64,000 bases of DNA, taken from assembly GCF_000143415.4 (NCBI RefSeq), contig NW_003314318.1:1165690-1229689 (forward strand). The letters are read 5' to 3'. This stretch comes from Selaginella moellendorffii. Its lineage: Eukaryota; Plantae; Lycopodiophyta. Positions 36,525-54,118 of the stretch are shown here, piece after piece; position 1 is the stretch's first letter, and each line of letters starts with the position of its first letter. The translations under genes and the position numbers were made by a program. Under the pieces are notes generated by a model. The model saw nothing but the letters and a program-made list of their open reading frames with translations. It did no database searches and was not told where the DNA came from.

Positions 36525-39500
36525 CAATCAACATGTATGGCAAGTGTGGATGAGCATGTGAGCTCTTGGATCATCAATCAAAGATGTAAGTGTGCTATGG
36601 AGGGCAATGAGTATATCTTAGTATTTATAGAGTAGGTTTTTGGACATTTTGTTTTGGGCATTTACTCATGAGATTAATGTTTTCCTGCTGTATTTGATGA
36701 GATGTAGCTTTGTTCTCTCTTCATTTCTCTAGATGGTATCAAAGTGTAGTTTCTATCATTGCTTATTCACACCAAAGTCATTTTTGAGCCATACAATGGT
36801 ATTGGTTTTCATGTTACAACATAAATATACCTTATGGAGAAGAATATCTTGATGGCCAACAACAAATCAACAAATTAGGGTTGAGATTTTTTCTCTTATA
36901 CTCTTACTATTTTGTCTTTTCATATCTCTCACTCATCATTTAGGGAGCCAACATGGTTTTGCCAGGTTGCTTCACTTTCAAGTTGAGGTGCAACTAAAGA
37001 AAGTAGGATTGGAGGGAGTATGGCAGCATTCAACTATGGTTATGTCTGTGGCAATTAGCAAGTATAGATAAGATGGGAGAGAGCTTTTACTCTTTCTCTC
37101 CCTTGTATAATAGCAACATTAATAGTGGCAACAATACAAGTATATCTATTATCCCTTTTCTTCATAGTTATTGATCCCAAAGTTTGCAAAGGTCTATTTT
37201 CTTGCTGTTACTTAGCCCAATGCTAACAACAATGGCTACAACATCAAGAAGAACTCTTACACCTTTCTCTCAGTGCAACCAAGTGTTGTCTCTCCCTATG
37301 CCTTCCAATATATGGCTCTATATGGAGTAAATATAGAGTGGGGGAAAAAGAAGTTTTTAGTAAACAAGATATTCAAACTATAATTGATCAAAGTTTTTTA
37401 GGCTAATGCATACAATGTCTTAGAGTTTGTCCTTAGGATCTAACATGATGGTTTTGGTAATGTGCAACTTGAGACACCACACACAATAAATACAATTGTC
37501 ACCCTTAATTGATGCACTAGGTGATAATGGCATTTGTGGTCAATAAGAGTTGTGCATTGCTAAGCTTTAGGGCTTCTTCATATAGCTCGTGGCTAATGTA
37601 TAAATGAGTAATAGAGGCTTAGATCTTAAATTGTCTCATAGTATCAAAGGTAAGATAGCACTATAGAAGGAAAGATATTCATCTGCAAGTTTGATAGAGA
37701 AGGTTCAAGATCCATTTTGAATCCCATCTTTTATTTCATTGTTTATAGATGGGATAAAGTTGTCATTGGCTCCAAGCTCTTACTAAGGTAGTGTTTAGTT
37801 CTTAAGAAAATGAGTTAGAAGAGTGATTGTTAATTGCTTTGTGATTAGGGATTGTTTGAGGATTATGCTTGATTTTAACAATAATGGGTTTACTTATTAG
37901 ATGGTATTTCAAAGGATTTTATTGTTAGAATTAATTTTTTTTTTCATGTTAGCATATCAATTCCACCTCTTTCAATATTGTTTAATTGTGTTTAGTTTGT
38001 GGTGTTAGATTGTGTTGAGTCTAGGAGGTCATGATTCACTCCTTAATAATGTGTTATTTATAATTGAATAACATAATAGTGTTGTTGAGAGGAAAAACCA
38101 CACACTTGTAAATGTTGCTTATGCTTTGTTTGTTAATACAAACATTTGTCAAAAAGCCATAATAATGCATGTCCAAAATTGTTTTGCCACTATTGCATTG
38201 AATGGCAAGACCTTTGAGGAATTTTGGATAGGCTCAATTTTTAATGTTTCCCACTTCAGGGTCTTTAGATGTGTTGCTTATACACATATCCAAGATCAGC
38301 TTCCAAAAAATCTAAATAACAAAAACAAAAAATTCATTTTCAAGATGACCCCATTGGAAGGGAAGGTTACTAAGTTATGGGATCTTGAAACTTCTAAGTA
38401 TAGACATAGTGTTCAATGAGGATGATTTCCCTACTTATTCAACTAATCCACAAGATCCCTCCCTCATTCATGAATGTGTCCCAATGATCCCACTACTTGT
38501 GCATATACTAGCAAATCTAAGTTATGCCCTACTACCTAACCCTTCTAAGGGGATCTCTTCATTTCAAACATGGCTGGTCCAAGTGTCCCTATGGCTAATG
38601 TTTGATGTTGTGCTTCTACTGCCTCTGCCACCTCATCAGTGTTGTGGCATACTTGATCCCATGCTAATACAAGACCACCCTTGTGACCATTAGCCCTCTT
38701 TGAAGGTCTGAGAAAGTTCTGAGCTTGATTACTTTTGCAGTCTTGTCAATGCTGGCATTCCACTTGCATATGATACAGTGGTGATTGGCCTAGAGGTATT
38801 TTTGGATGGAAGTTACTGCAAAGGAAGTTGCTTCTATTCAAGCTAATGGCACTTATGTCCAAGTTGACTCAGCTCCAACAGGACATTGTGTCTTGAATCC
38901 AAAGTGGATCTTTTCTAAAAAGTATGACAAAGATGGCCAAGTGGTATGCAAAAGTGGCAAATCCACCATATGGATGTCAAATTAACATTTCTCAATGGGG
39001 ATTTAAAGGAGGATATCTACACGCATATTCCTGTTGTGTTTGAGGACGACATTGCCCTTGCTAGTGTTGTATGGCAATTACAAAAAGCTTTGCAAATATA
39101 AGCTCTGGTGTTTGGTATCAGAAATTTAATGCTGCCTTACATACTTGAGGATTTTGTCAATGCCATACTGATCACAACATGCATACTAAACATCATGTAA
39201 GGAGTATGCTTATTGTTCCCCTCTATATTGATGATCTACTCATCACTATGATCCAATTACCATTGTTGCTTTGAAAGTAACCATTCCTGAACTTCAAAAC
39301 TTCTGGCTCATTATAGACCCTAAACCCTTTTTATCCTTAATGCCACATGATCTCACAGTGACAAAAGGTCAAGGGCTTGCTTGACCGATTTGGTATGTGA
39401 GATTGGCACCTTGTGAAGACCCTGATGCTTGTTGGTGCCATCAACTTCACTGCTGACTAGTTTGGCATGCCCTTGGCAACTAGGACTCCCTATCACAACT

Positions 39501-39965
39501 TCATTGTTTGCCTCACATACTTGGCTCTCTTGAATTGTCATCACCTATGCAACCATTGCTTTAAGTCAGTTCAACACATCTGACCACAACACACTAGCAG
39601 GCTGCTAAATGTATTGCCTAATATCTCCAACATGCTTATGAAAGCTGTCTTGCTCTCAGCTTGCACGCCAGCTGCCCCGACTATGGCGTGGCCTGGCGTG
39701 GACGACCCTTGCTGGTCCACCGCGACATGGCACGCAGCGAGCCGGTGGGAGAAGCCAGAGCAATATCTAGGCAGGGCAGCTTCCAGGGCTGCCAGTGTGG
39801 TAGAGGAGTGTGGGGTCAAGCAGATTGATCGGGCCACAGGGAAAAGGAGGAGATGCTGTGCTACCACAGCGAGAAGCTGGCGATTGTGCTCTTGATTGCA
39901 TCATTGACAATCAATGTTGCAGGGAGAAAAATGGCACAGAGTTTTCAAGTGCGTGATTACTGAAG
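36525..39965 (+). pseudogene. Decayed copy of the PPR-DYW gene, split by a copia remnant (fragments ~36525-36610 and ~39640-39965)
   Basis: atcaacatgtatggcaagtgtgg matches ~32190; gaggagatgctgtgctaccacagcgagaagctggcgat matches ~32960; ends in gtgattactg. Confidence 0.7.
36607..39635 (+). mobile_element. Degenerate Ty1/copia remnant
   Basis: PBS-like tggtatca (~36734); integrase VERKNHTL (~38085); RT MDVKLTFLNGDLKEDIY (~38970), LYIDDLL (~39220), LLDRFGM. Integrase precedes RT. Confidence 0.75.
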
Positions 39966-40679
39966 AAAGTTAGCCCAAAGAAGAGTGTGTTCCTCGAGCG
40001 ATCCCAAACCATCGCAATCATTGACGGCATCACGGATCAGGTCATGGAGGATCGAGTCCAAGGGTGGGGAACTCGAGGACAAGCACACTTCTGCTGTGAC
40101 AGCGGGCATCGCAAGAGGCAAATAGGAAAAGACAGAATGGACAAGGAACTAACCACAAATGCAAAAGAAAGAACCACAAGAAGGACCATGCAGAAGATAT
40201 TGGCAGGCAACACGGAGGATGTAGGCAAACAGGGGAAGGTAATTACCAGGGAGTTGATCATCTCATTGCTAACCACCACTTATCTATCTCCTGTTTTTGT
40301 TTTGGCAGGCTTGCCCATGGACAAGCAAGAAACATTGATTAAGAGGACGTGTACTTGAATCCGTGGGTCACCAGACCATCTGAAAAGTATATGAATAAGA
40401 ACTACAGATATCTTCAAAAGATGCAAAAATGTCAAAAGTGATAATGAAGCTGCTGAAAAAAGGTGGAAGAAGTAAAAGTTTGGTCTGAAATTTTGAAGGC
40501 ACGAACCTCATGTATACGTGATTATATAAAATCTTTGACTATATAGACCACAGGCCGTGACTCATGATCTTTGCCAGGGTAATCGTATCAGACTTTAGAT
40601 AGAAGAAAGAAAGCACAAGCAGCCATGGAGTTTTGATCAAAGGTAGCAAAGAAAGAAGCATATATAATTCTTGCAAAAC

Positions 40680-42231
40680 ATGCCTTGGATCACTGTTGTA
40701 GCATCGTTCTTGATCCCAGTGCTGGGAACTCTGTGGATCTGGAGGTATTTCTCACGGGAACGCTATGATCCACCGCTGCCTCCCGGAAGCATGGGACTCC
40801 CACTTGTGGGCGAGACGCTCCACATTTTGTACGCCATGAAAACGAGCACGCTATGGGAGTTTTACGGGGCTCGGGAGAAGAAGTATGGCCCTATTTACAA
40901 GACACACATCTTCGGCCGCCCCACGATCGTCGTGAGCCCTCCTCTGGGATTCAAGCTTTTGTTCTCCAACCATGGCAAGCTCGTCGAGAGCTCCTGGCCG
41001 CAGCCCATGAAGACGCTCTTGGGCGACAAGTGTTTGTTCTTCATGGAGGGCCAGAAAGCCAAGAGCTTTCGTCACATTCTCCTGGCGTTCCTCGGCCCGG
41101 ATGCCATACGGCGGTATGTGGAGAGGGCGAGCGTGATCATCCAAGAACACATTGACAAGTTTTGGATGGCTGGATCCGAGGTGAAGGCTTACCCCCTCGT
41201 GAAGAAGGCCTTGTTCTCGCTCGTCTTTAGCTTGTTCTTGAGCATCTCGGACGAGGAGGAGGAGAGGGAGCTCCTGGCTCCTTTCCAGGGTTTCTTGCAA
41301 GGGTTGCTTGAGCTGCCGATCGACTTGCCAGGGACAATGTTTCGTCGCGCAAAGGTTGGACGGGCGAAGATCTTTAAGAAGCTGGACGAGTACATAGCCA
41401 AGAGAAAGATCGAGCTAGAAACTGGCAAAGCATGGCCTCAACAGGATTTTCTCAGTGTTCTCTTGACTACCAAGGGAGAGGATGGAGAGCCCATGACCAA
41501 GGAAGAGATCAAACAAAACATTCTCATGTTGGTCATGTCAGCTCACGATACCACCGTAAGCTCCTTGGTAAGTTCCATGAAATACATTGGAGAGAATCCA
41601 TGGTGCTACGATCGACTTAGAGAAGGTAATGGCGTTGTTCTTGAGAGCTTTCCAGATCTAACTCTTGCTCGATTGTAGAACACGTCTCCATTGCGCTTGC
41701 CAAATCTCAAAAGGAGCCACTCACTCACAGCGATTTGCAAAAGATGGACTACACTTGGAAGATCGTCCAGGAAGCAATGCGCTTGGCTCCTCCCGCAGCT
41801 GGAAACCTCCGAAGGGCGACCACTGAATTTACCATGGATGGATTCACGGTTCCAAAGGACTGGCAAGTAAGTTCACGATCAAAGTTTCTATGCACTCCAT
41901 TCTAAAGTGGTATCTCTGCTCTTCGCAGCTTAACTGGACTGTGTTTCGCAGCCACAAGAAAAAAGAGTTCTTTGAGGAGCCAGAGATGTTTAATCCAGAT
42001 CGATTTGATCGCCCATTGCTTCCAAACACTTACGTTCCATTTGGTGGAGGCCCTCGCATTTGTCCCGGATACGAGCTCGCCAAGATGCAAGACCGCATTT
42101 TTCTACATTACCTTGTCACAAGGTTTAAGTGGACGTTGCTGGATCCAAACGAGGCCATCCACATGACCCCACTCGCTCTTCCCGTCAATGGCCTCGGCAT
42201 AAAACTCGTATCCAATCCAGTAAAAATCTGA
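40680..42231 (+). CDS. Cytochrome P450, CYP85 clan (CYP716-like), type A copy 2; intact, 3 exons
   Basis: TM anchor, PPGSMGLPLVGE, I-helix SAHDTT, QEAMR (ExxR), PDRF, FGGGPRICPG. Confidence 0.9.
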
Positions 42232-42420
42232 CTTTTCGAAGGCTCTGAACGACGGATGGATCATAGTTCGTAAGAGTAAATAAGAACAGTGAAGTCTTTG
42301 GCACAAAGGTCAAATAAAGAAGCTACGCTACCGAAGAAACCGGATACGCAAGGGGGCGGCATTGTCTTCACGGGTAATTTCGATTTAAAAGCTCCCAGGT
42401 CTAGAGAAATAGTGAAAAAA

Positions 42421-43958
42421 ATGCTAGAGTTTCCAGGAGTAATAGCGGTGGTGAGCTTAGTACTGGCCGGGATATGGATCTGGAGGGCTTTCTCACAGAA
42501 ATCCTATGACCCAACTACGCCTCCGGGAAGTTTTGGGCTCCCGTTCCTGGGAGAAACTCTCCATCTCTTGTACAGCATGAAAGCAAACGATCTATCGGGA
42601 TTCTACGAGTCTCGTGAGCGAAAGTATGGCCAGGTTTTCAAGACACATCTGTTTGGCCACCCCACGGTAGTGGTAAGTCCTCCTCTTGGATTCAAGTTCT
42701 TGTTCTCCAACCATGGCAAGCTCGTCGAGAGCTCCTGGCCAGCTCCGGTAAAGATGCTTATGGGTGACAAGAGCTTGTTCTTCATGGAGGGCCAGAAAGC
42801 CAAGAGCTTCCGTCACATACTCATGCGTTCATTGGTCCCGAGGCAATGCGGAGGTATGTCGGGAGGTCCAGCTCCATCGCTCAGGCACACATCGAGAAGT
42901 TTTGGCTGGATGAATCGAAAGTTCGAGCGTACGTTCTCCTAAAGAAGGCGATGTTCTCGGCGGTGTTTAACTTGTTCTTGAGCATACAAAACGAGGAGGA
43001 GGAGAGAGAGCTCTTGGTTCCATTTGAGGAGTTTTTGCACGGTATGCTCGAGTTGCCGATCAACTTTCCAGGGCGGGCAAAGCTTGCGAGGCACAAGATC
43101 TTTGAGAAGCTGGACAAGTATATAAGCAAGAGAAAGGTGGAGATCCAGGAAGGGAAGGCGTCGGCTGAGCAAGATTTGCTCAGCGTTCTCTTGACAACGA
43201 GGGGAGAAGATGGAGAGCTCATGAGCGAGGAAGAGGTAAAGCGAAACATCCTCATGATGGTATTGGCCGGGCACGACACCACTGCTAGCACTCTGGTGGT
43301 CTCCATGAAATGCATCGCTGAGAATCCTTGGTGCTACGATCGACTTAGACAAGGTTTTCACGATCATTCTTACGTCTTCTATGATATAACTCTCAAAGTT
43401 TCATGACCAGAGCATCTTGCCATAGCTGCTGCGAAGGATTCGAGCGAGCCACTCCGAGTAGAAGATCTCCAAAAAATGAACTACACCTGGAAAGTTGTTC
43501 AGGAAGCCATGCGTCTGCTCCCTCCAGCGCTGGGAAACACGCGGATAGCGATCACGCAAATGACCATCGAGGGCTTCACAGTTCCAAAGATTGGCGAGTA
43601 AGTTCCTCCACTCGGTCATCTCAAGACGTAAAATCCTTTTTTGATTGATGGCCAGTTCATGTGGAGCGTCTTCCAGAGCAACAGGAGGAGCGCGTTCTTC
43701 CCCGACCCAGACAAGTTCGATCCGGAGCGATTCGATGCTAGCTCGGGCTTGATCCCATACACGTACGTTCCATTTGGCGGAGGCCCTCGCATTTGCCCCG
43801 GGAACGAGTTCGCCAAGATGCTCGTCCGCGTGTTCTTGCATCATCTCCTCACCCAGTTCCAGTGGTCGCTCGTCGATGCAAAGGAGCACGTCCAAATGGC
43901 TCCAATCGCAGCTCCGGCCAATGGCCTCCACATCAAACTCTCCAAAAATCCAATATAA
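42421..43958 (+). pseudogene. CYP85-clan P450, type B copy 1; frameshift near 42825
   Basis: ctcatgcgttc here vs cttatggcgttc in the paralogue; otherwise complete (AGHDTT, QEAMR, PERF, FGGGPRICPG). Confidence 0.75.
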
Positions 43959-44009
43959 TCTCTCGCGGTTCCCTGGATGGAAAACATAGCATCATACTTT
44001 ACCACCAAT

Positions 44010-44845
44010 TTTATACGGCGGTACGTTGGGACGAGCGTGATCATTGAAGATCACATCGAAAAGTGGATACGTCGTCTTGTTCTCGCTCGTCTTTAGCTTG
44101 TTTTTGAGCATCTCAGAGGAGTGGGATTGGTTGAGCTGCCGATCGACTTGCCAGGGATGATGTTTCGTCGCGCAAAGGTTGGACGGGCGAAGAGAAACTG
44201 GCCTCAAGAGAATTTTCTCAGTGTTCTCCTGATAACCAAGGGAGAGGATGGAGAGCCCATGACCGAGGAGGAGAGCAAACAAAATATTCTTATGTTGGTC
44301 ATGTCAGCCCACGATACTACCTGAGCTCCTAGTGATGAGTTCCATGGAAACACATTGGAAAAAATCCATGGTGCTACGATCGAGTTAAAGAAGGTAACTG
44401 CACTGTTCTTACGTTTGCAGACCGTACTTACAACTCTTGCTCTCCATTGGGGAATCGCTATGCCTTGATCTCCCAATGAGCCACTCACTACACACGGATA
44501 TTTGCAAAAGATGGACTGACCGTCCAGGAAGCTATATGCGCATGGCTCCTCCCGCCGCTGGAAAACTCCAAAGGGGATCTGAATTTACCATGGATGGTTC
44601 AAGGCCTGGCAAGTAAGTTCTGCACTCCACTCTTCGCAGCTTAACTGTTTCGCTGCTACAAGTAAGAAGAGTTTTTTGAGGAGCCGGAGAAGATCGATTA
44701 GATCGCCCATTGCTTTCAAACACCTACGTTCCATTGAGCGGAGGCCCTCGCGTTTGTCCCGGATACGAGCTCGCAAGATGCAAGACCGCATTTTTCTACA
44801 CCACCGTGTTGGAGGCTGCTGGATCCAAACGAGGCCATGACCCGC
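44010..44845 (+). pseudogene. Type A P450 remnant (copy 3)
   Basis: GLVELPIDLPGMMFRRAKVGRA..MLVMSAHDTT* with many deletions. Confidence 0.8.
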
Positions 44846-44956
44846 CTCGTCAAATAAAGATTCGATATGCTAGATAAGAGTCAGGACATGTAGGGCGGCA
44901 TTGTCTTCTCTAGATCCTTCACAAGTACCTTCAATTTCAAGAAGAAAGAGAAAAAA

Positions 44957-46258
44957 ATGCTAGAATTTCCAATAGTAGCAGTGGTGAGTTTAGTACTGGC
45001 CGGAATATGGATCTGGAGGGCTTTCTCGCAGAAATCCTATGACCCACCGACGCCTCCTCTTGTCACCCATAAGCATCCTTCATTGGCGCTGTCTTGGCGC
45101 CAATGAAGATGATCATGGGTGACAAGAGCTTGTTCTTCATGGAGGGCCAGAGAGCGAAGAGCTTCCGTCACATACTTATGGCGTTCCTTGGTCCCGAGGC
45201 TATGCGAAGGTATGTTGCGAGGGCCAGCTCCATCGCCCAGGCACACATCGAGAAGTTTTGGCTGGATGGATCGGAGGTTCGAGCATATTTACTCGTTAAG
45301 AAGGCCTTGTTCTCGGTGGTGTTTAACTTGTTTTTGAGCATACAAAACGAGGAGGAGGAGAAAGAGCTCTTGGTTCCATTTGAGGAGTTTTTGCACGGCT
45401 TAGTCGAGCTGCCCATCAACTTTCCAGGGACCAAGTTTCGGCGGGCAAAGCTTGCGACGCGCAAGATCTTTGGGAAGCTGGACAAGTTCATAAGCAAGAG
45501 AAAGGTGGAGCTTCAGGAAGGGAGGGCGTCGGCTGAGCAAGATTTGCTCAGCGTTCTCTTGACAACGAGGGGAGAGGATGGAGAGAGAAAAACATCCTAA
45601 TGATGGTCATGGCCGGGCACGACACCACTGCTAGCACTCTGGCGGTCTCCATGAAATGCATCGCTGAGAATCCTTGGTGCTACGATCGACTTCGACAAGG
45701 TTTTTACGATCATCCTCTATGATCTAACTCTCAAAGTTTCATGACCAGAGCATCTTGCCATAGCTGCTGCGAAGCCACTCCGTGTAGAAGACCTCCAAAA
45801 GATGAACTACACCTGGAAAGTTGCGTCTGGTCCCTCCAGTGCTGGGAAACACGCGGATAGCGATCACGCAAATGACCATCGAGGGCTTCACAGTTCCAAA
45901 AGATTGGCGAGTAAGTTCCTTCACTCGATCATCTCAAGAACTTCTCTCATGATCATTGATGGTCAGTTCATGTGGAGCGTCTTCCGGAGCAACAGGAGGA
46001 GCGCGTTCTTCCCCGACCCAGACAAGTTCGATCCGGAGCGATTCGATGGGAGCTCGGGCTTGATCCCATACACGTACGTTCCATTTGGTGGAGGCCCTCG
46101 CATTTGCCCCGGGAACGAGTTCGCCAAGATGCTCCTCCGCGTGTTCTTGCATCATCTCCTCACCCAGTTCCAGTGGGCGCTCCTCGATCCAAACGAGCAC
46201 TCCATTCGCACTTCCGGCCAACGGCCTCCACGTCAAACTGTCCAAAAATCCAATATAA
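44957..46258 (+). pseudogene. Type B P450 copy 2 with deletions
   Basis: MLEFP.. start; large deletion in exon 1; deletions before the I-helix and at ExxR; heme motif retained. Confidence 0.8.
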
Positions 46259-46633
46259 TCCCTCGCGAGGTTCCCTGGATCTTGGAAACCATAAACTATA
46301 TCACTCGATCTTGGAACCATAGCATCACACTTTACCACCATTTTTATAACGTCCTTCCACGAATCAAGCATGTTGCATGTATCTTTCTTGTGGAAGCTTC
46401 AGGATCTTGAAGAGAGTAATCACTCGCCTTAAAAGAATGCCTCAAAACTTAATCCACACGCGCGCCGCCACCTTACACATACGTGTATGCCTACGGTCAT
46501 ACGGATACGAAATCTGACTGACGGCAGCCGCCACTTATTGCCGTCTCCTATCCTAACGATCTTGTGTTTTCACATTTTCCTGTTGACTGGCGAAGAGCTC
46601 AAGATCTTCTCAAGAAAGGCTCTATCTTTTCTT

Positions 46634-46635
<2 letters not shown>

Positions 46636-46674
<39 letters not shown>
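46636..46674. repeat. (CT)n microsatellite
   Basis: Uninterrupted tc run. Confidence 0.95.
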
Positions 46675-46676
<2 letters not shown>

Positions 46677-47470
46677 GCCGCCATAGCCAGCGAGCTCCAG
46701 CAGAGGTTCGACAGCGCCAGATCGCTCACAACTAAAACTTTTATCGCGTGGCAGCGAGTTTTGGGCGAGACGTTCTCTCATCTGGGGAGAAGAAATTCGA
46801 TGGACAGTAACGTATCCAGTCAGTGACACAGAGCTCAGGCTTTTAATTCTCCTCTTTGGATTTCCTCTTCCTCCTCCTCTGCCATAGTTCTTTCCATTTG
46901 GCGCCTTGCAATTGCTGGCTTGTTGTATGTGTTCTAGTTGGCGATCAATCAATGCCACCACCACCAGCGGCCAGCCGCAAGACAAATCCTGATCGAACAC
47001 CATCAATCCTGGGGCTCCATGCTCCTCAATCAATTTGTCTCCAGGCCCTCCTCGCGTCTCTTCTCTCGCCTTGATGATCTTCTTCCATTTCCAGAAGAAA
47101 GCGAGAAATTTACACCACTCTCTCGCCGTCGTCACTGTTCCGTTTCGTGAACATCACCCGCAATTAAGAACGAGCTGACGAAGCTTTCTTGCTTGTTCTC
47201 CATCCATTCTTTGCTCATCCCGTTTGCTTCCAGTGTTCCAAAGTTTCCAAACGGACGAGATCGAGAACCAAGTATACGTGGTCTAAGAAAAATCTCGTTT
47301 TTCTTTTCTCATCCAAAGCGTACTTCACTTCTAAAGCTGGATTAGCCGCGAAGAACAGTAGGAAAAGAGCTCTTTTTCACCTGACAAGGCGGCGCTTTGC
47401 TCCGTTCGTATCACTGACCACCTCGAGCCGACGCTGCTTTTTTCCCAACTTTTTCTTCTCGGGCTTCCCA

Positions 47471-48958
47471 TCATATATTCTGCTGCTGCTGATTCTCTGT
47501 GCTCAACGCCTGGAGCCACAAATCCGTGAAAACTTGCACGATCACCTCGTGAAACCCCGGCGGATTGAGGTAGAGGTAGCACTCGAGCAGCTCCTCCAAG
47601 TCCGCGGCCTTGTTGAGCCGCTTCTCGAAGATCATCTGGACCATTGACTGCCGGAAATCCTCGTAAGGATTGCTGGAGACGAGCATCACCGGGACGCTCT
47701 CCCGGACTTTCCCTCGCACCAGATCCTTGGGCTTCTTCTTCTTCTTCGTCCGCGCGTGATCGTCTAGAGCTGGAGCACTCGCGCCAACCTTGTGCCTCGG
47801 AAACTCTGGAAGAACTTTGCTCGCCACCTCACGGCCATCCTCCCAAAACTTTGCGCTGGATTCGAGCGAGCTTGCCGATGATATCCTCTTGCCATCGCAC
47901 CGAGGAGGAGGAGGAGGAGGCATCTTTGACGACGAACTTAGAAGCAAGCCTAGCTCATCAAACTCCGACAATGCTCCCGTCATCTTGTTGCCGCTAGCGT
48001 GATTTCTCGAGAGATGAAAAGAAGAATTGTGATGGTGGTGGAGGTGGTGGCGATGGTGGTGGCCCCTCCTGCCGCCGCCGCTGCTGCCGCTAGTGCTTGC
48101 GCTACTGCTGCTAGAAGATTTCTTGGGCCTGGGAGTCTGGCCCGCGTGATTCTTTAATCCCACCTCCTCGATCGCTTCGTGCCGCTGCTCGTCCTCCAGA
48201 GTCGTGGCACGGTGGACGAGCTTGCTCGAGCCGGGCGCGCTGCTGTCGTCGCTTGCGAACAAAGAGTGCTCCTTGTCCCACGCCAGAGCCTCCGGCCCCA
48301 AGCTGGCATCCCCGGACGAGGTACTCAGCCGGAATGTATGCGTGGAAGATACTTTCCTCTCCCTCTCCGACGAAGATGGATCGCTAGTAACCCGCGCGGC
48401 CTGGCCGACGATCAATCCTTGTTCCTCCATCGCGGAGATCTCCGCATTCGCGGGAGCTCTCAGCAGCCTTGGAGAGGATTGGCTCTTCTTTCTCTTCTTG
48501 AGAACCACCTTCTTCTTCACCACTTTGCCACTGTCCACTGCGGCAATCACGCTCCACAAGCCCTCTCGCTCCCACATTTCCTCCTCCTGGCGAGACGCGA
48601 CTACCATGGGCGCTGCTCGAGAGCTCGCTGCTCCAACGGGCTTCTTGCTCAATCCCTTGACGCGCTTGTACTGGCAATTCTCGCGGACAATCGCTTCCTC
48701 TCGCGAGCAGCAGCTGTATCCAAACACCGGCTTCCTGTTCTTCTTCATAGCCTTCGCGGGAGCTGGAGCGATGAGACTCCTCTCCTCCTCGGGCTCTTCT
48801 TCCCGATTGGAATCGCTGGTGAAAGAAGAAGAAGATTTCTTGCTCGCTGCCGGCGCTACCACTGACGATGGCGCCACGGGCTTGACGCGATGCGCTCGGA
48901 GAAGGAACACTCTAGAGATTACATTGGTGAACTTGAATCGCAGCCTCCTCCTCCCCAT
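47471..48958 (-). CDS. OVATE family protein, intronless
   Basis: C-terminal OVATE domain SSNPYEDFRQSMVQMI..LEELLECYLYLN..HEVIVQVFTDLW; basic N-terminus MGRRRLRFK. Confidence 0.9.
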   Translation of the reverse strand: MGRRRLRFKFTNVISRVFLLRAHRVKPVAPSSVVAPAASKKSSSSFTSDSNREEEPEEERSLIAPAPAKAMKKNRKPVFGYSCCSREEAIVRENCQYKRVKGLSKKPVGAASSRAAPMVVASRQEEEMWEREGLWSVIAAVDSGKVVKKKVVLKKRKKSQSSPRLLRAPANAEISAMEEQGLIVGQAARVTSDPSSSERERKVSSTHTFRLSTSSGDASLGPEALAWDKEHSLFASDDSSAPGSSKLVHRATTLEDEQRHEAIEEVGLKNHAGQTPRPKKSSSSSSASTSGSSGGGRRGHHHRHHLHHHHNSSFHLSRNHASGNKMTGALSEFDELGLLLSSSSKMPPPPPPRCDGKRISSASSLESSAKFWEDGREVASKVLPEFPRHKVGASAPALDDHARTKKKKKPKDLVRGKVRESVPVMLVSSNPYEDFRQSMVQMIFEKRLNKAADLEELLECYLYLNPPGFHEVIVQVFTDLWLQALSTENQQQQNI

Positions 48959-49425
48959 TTCCCTGCTAGCTGCGATTCTTTCCCCTCTTCCTTTCCCTTC
49001 GTTCAATCAATCAATCAAGCGATCAATCGATCGTGTCCCAGAGCTCTCCAGCCACCTAAATATTCCCCAGCATTCTTCCCCCGCGGCTAAGAACTAGAGA
49101 TTTACTGTACCATCGCCAGTGAAATGTGGAGCGCAATCAACACGGCGGCAATGCCACTCGAGATTTGGAGATCCCACGAAAGTCCACACGCACGCATCGA
49201 TCGAGCTCTCCACTCCCCTCCCCTGTTCCTCATTCCCTTTGGCGCCAAGCTGCTCGTCCTCTTCGCCCCTTCCCCGTCGCTGTCGATAACATGGGAAGAA
49301 GACGCTTAATAACCAAGAGCCCTAACCTGGACGGAATATCCGTCCAGACAGAATATTCGGGAGTCAAACGGAAAGTTCCCCTTGACAGAATATGCCATCG
49401 TCTTCTTCCTAGAAACTTGGAGCTT

Positions 49426-53595
<4,170 letters not shown>

Positions 53596-53794
53596 CGCCC
53601 CGGAAGAGCGCTCCCGCAATCCACGAGAGAAGAAGAACGCTGGAACGCCTAGAGCTTCACATGACACGGATAACACAAAACCCTACGCTTGCGTGGCGTG
53701 AAAAATAGCGCTATGACATTGAAATGTGTCACGGTGGACAAAAAGAGGATTATGACATGGGGCGAGGGGGGGAACAAGGGAAGAACATGGGTGT

Positions 53795-54118
53795 TTAGCA
53801 AGAGTCGGGGCCTGGAAGCCCGCATTGCGGCGGGACCTTCCTCATTTTCTCGATTTCCACTCCTCTGGGTGGCTCCTTGATGATCGCGCACAGGCAGATC
53901 TTGCCGACCTTCTTGAGCTCCTCGCAACACGCAGCGCTGGGCTTGCCCGTCCCGGTCTTCGCATCCACGGCTGCGCGGCAATCTTGGAGCGCCTCGATCG
54001 CCCTGGCGGTATCGCACGACGAAGGAGGAGGAGGAGAAGAATCCACGGCAGCTCCATCCGTCGCGATCGCGATGGCGAGCAGCATGATCCCTCCAGTCAC
54101 AAAGATTCTGCTTAGCAT
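53795..54118 (-). CDS. Non-specific lipid-transfer protein-like (8-cysteine motif)
   Basis: Signal peptide plus C..C..CC..CLC..C..C. Confidence 0.85.
   Translation of the reverse strand: MLSRIFVTGGIMLLAIAIATDGAAVDSSPPPPSSCDTARAIEALQDCRAAVDAKTGTGKPSAACCEELKKVGKICLCAIIKEPPRGVEIEKMRKVPPQCGLPGPDSC

Noticed and set aside
46680-47160. Possible small gene or miRNA downstream of the (CT)n tract
   Set aside because: No recognisable peptide, known miRNA or long hairpin seen.
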